NCBI GenBank assembly: GCA_024679065.1
Contig: JAGIQG010000005.1
Coordinates: forward strand, 39,680,001-39,744,000
Direction: 5' to 3'
Source of the DNA: Sphyrna mokarran
Lineage: Eukaryota
DNA length: 64,000 bases
Shown here in pieces: positions 49,011 to 59,985 of this stretch. The notes beneath the pieces were generated by a model. It made no database searches. It was not told the origin of the DNA and saw only the letters and a program-made list of their open reading frames with translations. Both the position numbers and the translations under genes were made by a program. Within the stretch, counting starts at the first letter, position 1. Each line of letters opens with the position of its first letter.

Positions 49011-50021
49011 CACCAATATGGCCAGCTCCAGATCAAGCAAACTGAGATCCATCTGCATCGTGGGGTTTGGAAAGAATGATACATTATTATCATTGGTTGC
49101 ATAGACCCAGCTCCATCGCAATCCCTCACTGGTCCAGAACTCTCACTTGTGGGAGCTGGAAACACCACACAATGCATGCTGCTATATGTGGCCCACTTAG
49201 GGTTGTGTGAAATTCCCATCGTGATAAATACTGGCACAGATTATGCAGGTCGGCGTGCAGCCATGGGCAATGTGCACCCTGTGTGTGCAACTGCAGCATC
49301 TGTTATGGCATGTGTTGCTGGTCCGTATCACAGGGCAAGGACAGACTGCAAAGCAGCACCAGATGTGTCCCTGACCACACCCCATGTAAGACAATACTAA
49401 TGCAAAGTGCTGTGGAGGGGGAGGATAAGCGAAAGTTCTCAAGGGTAGCTGCTACATTGCACTACAATGCTGCCTGATGGGGAGGGGGAAGCAGGAGCCC
49501 TTGAGGCTGCCACCCAAACTGTGCTACAGCACTGCCCAGGGGGCTGGAAGGGGATGGGGGGGCATGGAGGTGGTAAGCGGGACTCCTTAACAGAACCTCA
49601 CCAGAGAGCTGTGAGGAAATAGAAGACCCCACACCCCAGATATCACTGGTCCATAGGGCAATACCTAAGGCAGCAGGAGGAAGGTCACCAGGCATCTCCA
49701 GGGCCTGCCTGCAATATCCTCCCTGCTTTGTTAGTAGCGCTTACCTCTTCACGCCTGTTCAAAGCTGCCATGCCAGTTTGAGACTTTTAAATACCTACTC
49801 TGATTCTTGCCAAAGTTACATCATGTCATAGAGGTGGGAGATGCAAACATGGGTGGAGATTTTCATGTGGATCCTGATAATGGCATGTTGAGCTATGTAA
49901 AGTCATGCAAATCAGCAGCCCACTGGTTTTCTGTGGATATTGCATTGTTTATCACAAATGATAGTGGAAATTAGAATTGCAGACAGACAAAATTGTGAAT
50001 TTTTAGGAAAGCAAAGGCAAT

Positions 50022-51000
50022 TGTAAGGGATATATATTTATATTGGTAAACATAGGAAACAAAGTATAGTTTTAAGGAGGTTTAGGTTTAATTTGATGTT
50101 TACGTGGAAGGAAGGGTAGAATTCATGCTAGAGAAAGGTATTTGTAGGGGGGCTTCCATTATGTTTAGAAACTGTTCCAGTATGAAGATTAAATGAAGAC
50201 TAGCTGAAGTTGCAAACATTGCTTAACAACTAGAGACCCTTCTAAGGTAACAAGGCTTTATATTTTAGTTTTAGCAGAATTTGTTGGCAATTGAAGTAAG
50301 ACAGTTGGGAGAGAACATCTCTCAACTCTGCCAGGACAAGCTGGATGGGACAAGGGAGTTGCAAAGGGACAGACTTCCCAAAGAAACCGACATGGTCCAG
50401 ATAACCTGGGTATTGGGACAGAGAGAATGTCACAGAAAATCAGACTTGAGTGGTAAATCAAAGGTTTGATGCCACTTTGATCAAGACTGGGAGTCAAGAA
50501 TTAAAACAATTGGGTTAACAGTTATACAGCAATTAGGACAAATAAATTCTGGAGGGGGAAATGCAAAATCCTGGATACTGGATTTCTTGTTTCAAGAGGA
50601 TTAGAAGCTTGGTTCAAATGTGTATTTTGGAAAATCTGAACTGGAGTTTAGAATGCAACCTGCTGATGGAAAGCATTGTTATGAAAGAAAGTTTTAAATT
50701 GTGTTTTTTGCAGTGGAGTTTGGAAACTCTCATGTCCCAATCATGTGGAGGGATTTTCAGGAAGAATCCACAGACATTCACTTGGGCTCAGAGTGAAGAG
50801 TGTATTTGACCATAGCCAATCTATCTGCTTAAAGGGATTTTGTGTCACTGAGACTATCGTAGCTTTAGGCATATTTTGCAATCCTTGTTAATCTTAAAAC
50901 TGTGTGTATTGTAAAGCTGGGGGGAGTATTGTATTATAATCCAATTTTGTATGTTTAAAAAATTTTTTTTCTTATTGTTGAAACTAATTAGTGGTCTTTT
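50022..51000 (+). mobile_element. Probable LTR-like repeat
   Basis: It starts tgtaaggg, and its 3' part resembles 5780-6215. It is truncated by the Rex1 fragment. Confidence 0.4.
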
Positions 51001-51009
51001 GGGTCCCTA

Positions 51010-51282
51010 CTACCTTCTTCCTTTGGGAAAAAGATTCAAAAGTCTGAGGTCATGTACCAACCAACTCAAGAACAGTTTCTTCCCTGCTGCTGTCAGACTT
51101 TTGAATGGACTTACCCCACAGTAAGTTGATCTTTCTCTACATCCAGCTATGACTGTAACACTATATTCTGCACTCTGTTGTTTCCTTCTCTATAAACAGT
51201 ATGTCTTGTCTGTATAACGTGCAAGAAAAAGTGCTTTTCGCTGTATGTTAATAATGTGACAATAATAAATCAAATCAAATAA
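51010..51282 (+). mobile_element. Rex1-like LINE 3' end
   Basis: ctcaagaacagtttcttccctgctgc (LKNSFFPAA) is homologous to the reverse complement of 21080-21310, with an (aaatc)n tail. Confidence 0.75.
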
Positions 51283-51544
51283 TGTGTCAAAAAGTTCATT
51301 GTATGTACTTTAATAGCAGGCATTATTGAAAGTGGTTTTTTATCTTGTCTGGTTGGGAATTAAACATTTTCAGATCTTGAAAGGCTGTGTGAGATATTGA
51401 GATTTATTCATCTCAGTTCCCTGTAGGATTTCTTCTTGGAGACCTGTTTTCTATTCCAAAGAGGAAGTTCCTTCTCAATGTGACCTTTTAAAGCAACACT
51501 TCCATAATTTCATCTGAGTGTCATGAAAGCAAAGAATGATATAG

Positions 51545-52640
51545 CAAAGAACAAAACCATTCAGCCCATTACATCCGTGCCAGCTCTTTGAAAGTCTCTT
51601 GGGTCTGTTTTGTCCCCATAGCCATGTAATTTTCCACTTTAAGAATTTATCCAATTCGCTTTTATAAGGTATATTAAATCTGCTTCCAGTATTCAGGCAG
51701 TGTGTTCCAGATCATAACACTGTGTTATGTCTTATGTTGTTCCTTTTTTGTGTGTGTCACCTTAAATCCTCTGGTTACTGACCACATGTTCCTTTTTAGT
51801 GAGCGCCCCTATCAAATCTCCCCTTAACCTTTGCACTTCGGGAAGACCAACCCATGATTTTCCAGTTTCCACATATGAGTGAAGTCCCTGATCCCTGGTC
51901 CAGTCCTAGCGAGTGCCTTCTGCACTCTCTCTAAAGCCATGGCATTTATCCTGAAGTGTGTGCTGCCCACAATTGAACACAATACTCCAGGCAGTGCCTA
52001 ACCTGCATTTTCTAAAGGCTGAGCGTACCCTCCTTGCTTTTGTTGTACTCTTTACCTCTGCTTATAAAACAAAAAATCCCGTATATATTTTGAAAGAATT
52101 CTCAACGTGTCTGCTTCCCACCTTCAGGGGTCTGTGAGCACACATCGTCTCCATATCTCTCTGCTTTCGCATTTTTTTTCAAACTGTCCCATTTTATTTT
52201 CTGTTGTCTTTCCTTAATCTCGCTGTCAAAATGTATCACATCGCAGTGTTGTGTGTGAAGTTTCAGTTTTACCAATCTGTCTATTCCTACCCTCCTCCTC
52301 GTTAACCACATTTTTGAGTCTTAAGTCATCTACAAAGTTTGAAATTGTGCCCTTCGCACTCAGATCGGGGCCATTAACAGAAGAGCGGGTGATGCTCACA
52401 CTGCCACCCCCACCGCCCCCCCCCCTCCCCCGGAACAGCCACTGTACGCTCTCCACCAGTCTGAACAGATTCACCATGTCACTCTGCTTTCTGTCCTTTA
52501 AGAATTTAGCAACACCAATTTTAAAACCAACCGATTCGGTTGGATTTAAAATTGGTGTTGCTAAATTTTTACTGAGTTCTTACTACCCCAGTCCAACGCC
52601 GGCATCTCTACATTCTGTCCTTTAGCCAGTTTGGTATCCC
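51545..52640 (-). mobile_element. Old CR1 LINE fragment
   Basis: ISNFVDDLRL and CDVIHF remnants are present, with a CR1 tail near 51545-51590. Confidence 0.7.
52501..52612 (+). mobile_element. 112-bp hairpin Penelope mini-insert (35-bp arms plus tail, no hammerhead)
   Basis: agaatttagcaacaccaattttaaaaccaaccgat pairs with tcggttggatttaaaattggtgttgctaaattttt, followed by the tail ccccagtccaacgccggcatctctaca. A 12-bp TSD ttctgtccttta lies at 52489-52500 and 52613-52624. Confidence 0.9.
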
Positions 52641-52822
52641 CGCTGCTTAGGCTCCCATGCGTTTCCATTTTGTTAACAAGGTCTGTTCCGCGAAACCAGA
52701 GAAGCGGAAAACTTCCAGCCCAGCAGAGAATCTCTACCCGCCACTCTCTTTTCAAATAGAATTCGGTCAGGCCTTGGGCAGTGCGAAAATGAAACTGGAA
52801 CAGTGTCTAAACATTTGCAGGA

Positions 52823-52866
52823 ATGTACTCCCCGCCATCACCAATTGATGATGGCGGGGAGCACAT
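52823..52866. repeat. 44-bp near-perfect palindrome
   Basis: atgtactccccgccatcaccaattgatgatggcggggagcacat has 22-bp arms with 2 mismatches. Confidence 0.9.
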
Positions 52867-54399
52867 ACTCAGAGGAATGTGTAATATCTGGAGTGCAGTC
52901 ACAATATCTTAATGAAACCCAGTCTGAGAGTTACACCTGGCCCTAACGGCCACACTGGGAGCTCTGGGCGCAGGTTGAGCGGGGCAGTTAACAAAAACCA
53001 GAGGGAGAAAACCCTCTGGTTATTGTTAACTGAAGTGAAGAGACGGCGTTTTTCACCTGGTTGTTGCTTTTCACTTTATTGGGAGTTCTGTAAAATAGAG
53101 CTTTTTTTTTTATTTAAACTGTCAAAGCCATTTTTTAATTAATGTTCTATAATAAGTGGACAGAGATCAATGACATGTTCAAAAAATAGGTTGCGTTGCT
53201 GCCGAGGCTCCCCTACTGCTCATTCAGCATCGTTTGCAGCCTCCCCTTTCCCATTAACCAGGGATCTGCATTTAAAAAGGAAATGATTTGATGAGAGGAC
53301 AGAAACCACACATCCCAAAGAGCAAATATTAATATAGCCTGATATCATCTTGTGGGAGGTAAACGAACTTTGTGGAGCATTGGGGCGGGGGTGTGTGTGG
53401 TGGGGTAATAAATGAACTTCAAAATCTAATTACTTCGGCGTCTTAACCGCGAAATTATTCTTTCCAATCACTCCCGTCCAAATACACACATTCCTAATGC
53501 TTCCAGCAGTGCCTTTGCAAACTCCAACCTGATAACTGCGCCCGATCTGTTCACAGTTCTGATGGCCCCTTCGGCTGCTACACTCTGCATTAGATGTTCC
53601 AAAATTTTTCTACACGAGAATCCATCAGTAAGTATTAGAGGACTGCGAAAAAAATAGTGTGAACTCACACTTTCAGATGTTTTGGCTAATGGCAGTGATC
53701 CATTGTGGGGCTCAGAAAACGATAACAAAGCAAGTTTTCTTTTTTAAAAAAACTTATATAACAGTGGTTGAATTTGTAAAAACTGGGAAGGAGGCAGAGA
53801 GCGGGTTGGAGAGGTGTGTGTAGACAAATCTTGAAACTAAATCTGTACAGTGGATGGTGAATGACTTGGTGTTGGAATCAGATAGCTCCAGTCCCCTGCA
53901 CAACAATCGGAGCCACTCAAAACATTGGGTTAGTGCTTTGTAAATGCAGCCACCACATGTCGGTAGTACATCTCTATGGAGAAGTGTCTCTTTTATCATC
54001 GCTTCTACTAAGAAAGCCCACACCTATTCCAGTTAGCGGATAACGCGGTGAAAATGTGACAGTGCACAAATATAAAATCAAATTGAGTATTTTTGTAAGA
54101 ATATAGTGGTGAGATGATTATTATTCACTTCTGTTAACCCGACTAATATTGATTTCAAAGCTGGGTATTTCCCGAATTTAGGCTGTTTTGTTTTGTCAGA
54201 TTTTCTACATAGTGCTCTTTAAACATTTTTATTCATGTTTAAAAGGCGGGAGACGGGAGGTGGCGGGAGGATTGGAGTATATGATGACTCTACAGATGTC
54301 TCCCTTCCACTTATTAAATGTAGTATTTACCCAACTGATGAAATCTTTTTTTCTCTCCCTGATCCAGGAGAAATGTGCCCTCTGCTTCCGGCCTCAAAG

Positions 54400-55061
54400 C
54401 CCATGGGAACAGGAGGTGGTGTTAGCGAGCAGCAAGCAGCCCCTGCTCGGTGTAGTCCTGCCCATCACTCTGTGTGTGTGTGTGTGTGTGAGTGGAGCTG
54501 GCGGGCAGAGCCCAGCCACTCACTTTCTCTCACACTCACAGCGCCTGTGGGGAAGAACACTTTGAAAGTGTGGAAAGTTAGATCGAGGAGCCTTGGGGAA
54601 GGAGGAGGAGAAGGAGCAGGCTTGTGGGCGGGCTGCTCCGGGACGCCGATTGGAGTTTGGTTCCTGTGTTCTGATATATTCCTCTGCGAGATCTGAGACA
54701 GAGAGAGAGAGGAAAAGTGTGTAACCCGAGACCCCTCCATTCTCATCCTCCTCCTCCTCATCATCATCATCACCCGGAAGAGCTGGAAACAACGAGAAGG
54801 AGAGAGAAACTTGCAGCTCACTCTCAGACAACACAGAGAAAAGTGAAAGCTCCAAGTTGTTCTGGTTTGCAGAGAGTGAGGAGGGGGGGGGGGAGGAATT
54901 GATGGATTGAAGTGAGAGGTGAAGAAAGGATCCGGATTCTCAGCTTCCTCTTCTATTTCCAGTTACTCTCTCTCTCCCTTGCCGGCACCCACCCCCCCCC
55001 CCCCCCCCCTCTTTCCCAGCGAGGGTGGAGAGGAGGTCAAGCTTGCAAACTCCAGACCGAC
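54400..55061 (+). promoter_or_regulatory. TPBG: TPBG promoter and 5' UTR region
   Basis: The region is GC-enriched and free of transposons, with a GC box at ~54626, ATTGG at ~54649, and (GT)n and (CCT)n/(CAT)n tracts. Candidate acceptors are ctatttccag (54962) and ctttcccag (55019). Confidence 0.5.
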
Positions 55062-56192
55062 ATGCCTGGCCGGGGGCTACCTGCGAGTTTGAGCCGCTGG
55101 CCCGGGAGCTGGGCACTGCTGGCACTGCTGCTGCCCTGGGCGCGGGCGCTCAGCCCGTGCCCCAGCTCGTGCGAGTGCTCGGAGCCGGTCAAGACGGTGA
55201 AGTGCGTGAACAAGGAGCTGAGCGACATCCCGCCGGGCATCCCGGCCAGCGTGCGGACCCTCTTCATCACCGGCAACAACATCTCCAGCCTGCAGAGCGG
55301 CGCGTTCGGCCCGTCCCTGCGGCAGCTGCTGACCCTCAGCCTGAGCGGCAACCGGATCCGGGCGGTGGGCTCGCGGGTCTTCGCCTCCATGCCGAGCCTG
55401 CAGCAGCTCGACCTCAGCAACAACCGCATCTGGCGGCTGCAGGCGGCCGCCTTCGGCTCGGCGCCGCTCCGCCTGCGGGAGCTCGACCTGAGCGGCGCGC
55501 TGCTGAACGGCTCGGTGGCCGAGCAGCTGGCCGAGTGCCTGCAGAGCGGCGGCCTGGCCAACCTGCAGCGCCTGCGGCTGGCCGAGAACCAGCTGGTCTA
55601 CCTGCCGGCGCGCACCTTCTCCCGCCTGGCCAAGCTGCGGCACCTGGAGCTGGCCAACAACTCGCTGCTGGAGCTCGGCGGCGCCTTCCGCCACCTGAGC
55701 CTGCACACGCTCGACCTCAGCTCCAACTCGCTCAGGCGGCTCGCCAACAGCACCCTGGCCGAGCTCGGCTCGCAGCCCAACATCAGCATCCGGCTCCGGG
55801 ACAACCCCTTCGCCTGCGACTGCGGCATCGAGCCGCTGCTGGCCTGGCTGCGGGGCAGCGGCAGGGTGGTGGACCGCGAGAGCCTGCTGTGCGCCTCGCC
55901 CGAGAGCCTCAGGAACACGCCCGTCCTCCAGCTGCAGCCCTCCGAGCTGAAGTGCGCCGCGCCGGGGGACATGGAGAGGGTGCTGCAGACTTCTTACGTC
56001 TTCCTGGGCATCGTCCTGGCCCTGATCGGGGTCATCTTCATGTTTGTCCTCTACCTGAACAGGAAAGGCATCAAAAAGTGGCTTTACAATGTCAGGGATG
56101 CTTGCCGAGACCACATGGAAGGCTATCACTACAGATACGAGATTAACTCGGACCCCAGATTGACAAACCTTAGCTCCAATTCGGATGCGTGA
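55062..56192 (+). CDS. TPBG: Trophoblast glycoprotein (5T4/WAIF1), LRR single-pass membrane protein, 376 aa
   Basis: The protein has a signal peptide, LRRNT (CPSSCEC..C), LRRs, LRRCT (NPFACDC), TM (YVFLGIVLALIGVIFMFVLYL) and the tail RDACRDHMEGYHYRYEINSDPRLTNLSSNSDA, nearly identical to human TPBG. The first in-frame ATG is at 55062 and the gene neighbours IBTK as in human. Confidence 0.96.
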   Translation: MPGRGLPASLSRWPGSWALLALLLPWARALSPCPSSCECSEPVKTVKCVNKELSDIPPGIPASVRTLFITGNNISSLQSGAFGPSLRQLLTLSLSGNRIRAVGSRVFASMPSLQQLDLSNNRIWRLQAAAFGSAPLRLRELDLSGALLNGSVAEQLAECLQSGGLANLQRLRLAENQLVYLPARTFSRLAKLRHLELANNSLLELGGAFRHLSLHTLDLSSNSLRRLANSTLAELGSQPNISIRLRDNPFACDCGIEPLLAWLRGSGRVVDRESLLCASPESLRNTPVLQLQPSELKCAAPGDMERVLQTSYVFLGIVLALIGVIFMFVLYLNRKGIKKWLYNVRDACRDHMEGYHYRYEINSDPRLTNLSSNSDA

Positions 56193-56446
56193 AAACAAAA
56201 AAAGGGGGAAAAAGTTCGACTTGCTTGAGACTTATATATAAAAGAGAGAGAGAGAGACAGAGACAGAGACGGTCTGGTTGGATTTTATTTTACTATTCAT
56301 TCTTTGTAATAGCTATGCATGATGACCCATCCGCTCGGAGCAATGGGCTTTTAACGCTGCCTGTCTCACTCTCCCCAGCAGTGGAACCCAACAGTGACAG
56401 AAAAAGAAAGGTTTGATTCTCAGTGGGAAGTGCTCCATGTGCAGTG

Positions 56447-56481
<35 letters not shown>

Positions 56482-56490
56482 TGTGTGTGA
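56447..56490. repeat. Compound (GT)n(GA)n microsatellite in the TPBG 3' UTR
   Basis: Directly visible. Confidence 0.9.
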
Positions 56491-58462
56491 TCTTTCTGCC
56501 CCCTCCCCCGTATCCATGACCCGCTGTGTGGTAGTGCCAAAGTAGAGAGTGCGTTTTGGAGAGAGCTTGAAGGTCCTTCAGCAAGCCTGGCTGTAATAAT
56601 AGGAGTACTTCTTAAAACTCACCGAGGATTTAAGCCCTCCCGTGTACTATAAGGCGGGGAGGGGGGAGGGGGGAGAAGAGGGGATTAATTGCTACAGTAA
56701 CCGTTTTTGCCATTCCATGAGCTGAACCAACACTAAATAACGATCCAAGCGATGCTGGTAGGGCTTTCTTCACCGACTCGAAGTTTTATCATCGGTCCCC
56801 AGGCGGTGCATTAACACAAAGCAACCCATTGGTTTTCATGCATTCCTCTGAAGTCCCAGTGACTTCAATCAGATTCCAGTCACTGAATGAAAAATGCGCT
56901 TCTGACCGTAATGTTATTTTAATGCTATCTTAATGGGAAGGAGGGGGGGGGGCGGAATTGTAAATAAGTCTACCTTTCTTCCACGAACAAGTCGAGGTAA
57001 AGTGACAAATGAAATAAGCGGTTTATTTGTTTTCTTGTCCTCTCTTGTTTGTTGGTCCCCCGAGTTGTATTGGGTACAGAAAAGTTGGTCGTCAGCCTGT
57101 CTGCCTTTGTGAAACCCCGGGGTTTGGAAACATCTGGATCGACAAAGATCAAGGATTCTCTCTCCCCACTCTCCCCCCACCCCCTTTTTTTAATCTTAAA
57201 AGAATTGACAGACTGCACGGAGAGTGCTTCTATTGATGTTGCCCGCAGGCCTCCCTCCGAGTGTCACAACATACAAGGGACTGTGAAGTGGCCGCCTGAC
57301 AGCTGAGTGTTTCCCGGGTGGACATGCGGGTGGGAAGAGCAACATTACATTAATGGCGAGGCTCACAGTTTCTGTCCATTCCTCTTTTTTAAGGCGGCGC
57401 TTTCCACCGCCTTTGCGAATCCACCGCTTTGTAACATTTCAAAACTCCTAGTTGGTATGAACTTAACTATAGTTACTAGGGCTATAATGAATAATATTAA
57501 TCCATCAAATTTGAGAATTTGCATTGAAGAACTGTAACTTGCAGCGAGCTTCATGCACACACAGACAACACTGCTGGAAAATAACCGTGCAAAGTGGAAC
57601 TGTAAATATCACTAATTGTACTGGCGACCCTGCATTATTTAGCAAACTAGTCAGTCAGATTCCCCCAATCTATAGTGAAATTTAATTTTAAAAAATTGAA
57701 TGCTTAGCATTACTTGATATAGTGCATGGTATTTCTCGGGAGGGATTGCACTGGGGTTATTCTAGAAAATTACTAGCCAGAGAATGAATCCAGAGCTCAT
57801 TTGACATTTGTTCAGCTTCTCAGCATGAATGAGCCTTGCAACATCACAGAATCCAAACGACTTGTTTGCCTTTCATCTGCAGTGATTTCCATCTGAACAG
57901 AATAGATGACAGTCAGGATCATTTCACCCTCTGTCATCCTTTCCCCTCACAATACATATGACACACATCATATGTGAGGCATTGAGAACATTTTGGTGCT
58001 TGTGCTGTGGAAAAGTTTGATAATTCTTTTCTGTCTAACGTATGGTATGAATCAGAGGATTAACTTTACCCCACATACTGTGGAAGGTTTGATGGAGTGA
58101 TCTACTTTGATGGGACAAAATAGAAAAATGAAATAGTGTAGGGCAAATGTTTATAACTGCCTCCAAATTTATTATTACACATCAGTTTAAATTAATTGAA
58201 TATTTTATCAATAATTTGGTAAGAGGCCTGTACATATCGGCATCTAGACACATGTCATTTGTTTCCTAGTATTGCTGAAGGCTAACTTTAGCCTCAAATA
58301 GCAGGGAGTCCTTTAAATGCTGTGATTGCAATAGCATTCCAGATTGTAGAATATGTACAGCCTGATGTTTCAGAGAGACCCAATTGCAGGCAGTTACAGA
58401 AACCTAGCCTTGCATTTGTCCTCATGGAAGGAGAAGAAATCAGACAAGTTGAATTAGACAAG

Positions 58463-58752
58463 GGGCGGTACAGTGGTTAGCACTGCTGCCTGGCAGCACC
58501 AGACACCTGTGTTTGATTCTGACCTTGAGTGACTCCATGGAATTTGCATGTTCCCTCTGTATCTGCATGTGTTACCTCCGGATGCTCTGGTTTCCTTCCG
58601 CAGGTAGATTAGCCATGGTAAATCTGTGGTATTACGAAAATTAAGATGTGAGGGGTGGTGGTGGGCTGAATAAGTTGCTCTTTCAGAGAATTGGTGCAAA
58701 CTTGATGGGCCAACTGGCCTCCTTTGGCACTGGAGGGATTCTATGGTTCTAT
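58463..58752 (+). mobile_element. V-SINE with CR1-type tail
   Basis: The head gggcggtacagtggttagcactgctgcc, a V-domain and the tail gatgggcc...ttctatggttctatg are present. Confidence 0.8.
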
Positions 58753-59904
58753 GGATCTAATAAGTTAAATATAGCAAGCCTTCACTGGCAAGATCTTGGC
58801 GAAAAGGGTGATGGAAACCTCCTTAAATCCTGACCAGTTGCTTCTTTTTGTAACAAAATACAACCTGAAACCATGACTGCTGGAAATCAGCTCATCTCTT
58901 TATGTTCACAGGCATTTGTCCTTTTTGTAAATCGATAATCTGATTAAAAAAATCTTCTCAACAATGTTGACCATTTGAATTTCTAAAGCATAGTGGGAAA
59001 CATAAATTTCCACATCATGCAGTGAACCACTTTTATCTGAATACTTTCTTCGAAAAATATACATTTACATAAATATATATGTTATGAAATCAAACTTAGG
59101 CATGGAGTAGGTATCCATGGATATTTTACAGTGCGAAGTGGCAGCCTGTTTCTTGAACTTCACACCAAAATGAGATGTTTTGCCCCATCACTTGTAATGG
59201 TATAAAGAAAGCAGTATGGTCCCATCCTAAGCGAACCTTCTTAAGGAGTTTCTATTTTTCAATGTTATTTTCCTCAGTGTCAGGTGCTAACATTTGCCCT
59301 GACTGTCATTTTCAAAAACTTCTGTAAATTGCACTCTTATAATTTTCTCCAAGGGATTATACACAGGTGTGATATTTTATTGACTGAACAAAATAAAAAG
59401 CACAGATAGAAATCTAGGTTAATGCCATCTGGAGTGCATTTTGTTCTGATCTATATATAGGTTTGCACCAGTGAAGTGATGGCGTGAAATGTGCTGAATA
59501 GAGCTTTTTTTGCCATGTCACACACTCAACGAATGTCATCGGTCTAATGAATACTGGAGACATAAATAAGGTCATGAGGGGTAGATTGGGGAATGGAGGC
59601 CAGTGCACCTATTTATCAGAAGGCCTCATAGTGTTTGATCATTAAATCATCAAAGAATAATGGTGTCAGTTAAAGAATCATTGCATGCAAAAGAAAGCAG
59701 TATAATGGAAGCTGGAAATAAAGAGGAAGTAGTATTCTTAGAGCCCTGAAAAATGTTAACATATTCAAGCTGTATGTTTTCTGCTTAACAGTGGCTTTGT
59801 TAACTTTTATTAAGAAAATAAATAATATTGTAGCTACTTTTTGGTGTTAATTGAATGTGGCCTTGATTACTAACATTGATTACTTTCATAATGTTTGCGT
59901 CTTA

Positions 59905-59927
59905 GTGTGTTTGTGTGTGTGTGAATA

Positions 59928-59977
<50 letters not shown>

Positions 59978-59985
59978 CATGTATG
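59905..59985. repeat. (GT)n microsatellite
   Basis: Directly visible. Confidence 0.92.

Larger units (their letters stand above)
43740..49052 (-). pseudogene. Harbinger transposase in three pieces (49011-49052, 46305-47106, ~43740-44186)
   Basis: KVTAALLFYASGSFQ, ISQASV, DGT, NRKGFLSLNVQIV, HD, WLLG..YP..WLMIP|VQRPET and GLLKMRF.CLD are HARBI1-family DDE motifs. The frame is restored across the Penelope TSD. Confidence 0.88.
40330..49990. mobile_element. PIF/Harbinger DNA transposon fossil with convergent Myb/SANT and transposase genes and three nested Penelope insertions
   Basis: This is a GC-richer block with a Myb-like gene on + and a HARBI1-type DDE transposase on -. TATA-like boxes face inward at ~40725 (+) and ~49790 (-). 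TIRs were not identified, so the boundaries are approximate. Confidence 0.8.

Noticed and set aside
54912-55061. 50-aa N-terminal extension of TPBG in the ORF track
   Set aside because: It starts at GTG and crosses a poly-C tract and probable splice acceptors. The ATG at 55062 directly precedes a signal peptide.
55025-56198. Two 373-aa overlapping ORFs (alternative + frame and antisense) over TPBG
   Set aside because: These are expected by-products of extreme GC3 that depletes stop codons. They have low-complexity translations and no recognisable domain.
58463-58530. tRNA-like heads here and at ~3600-3668 and ~26200-26265
   Set aside because: They are SINE heads with A/B-box remnants joined to V-domains and do not form complete cloverleaves.
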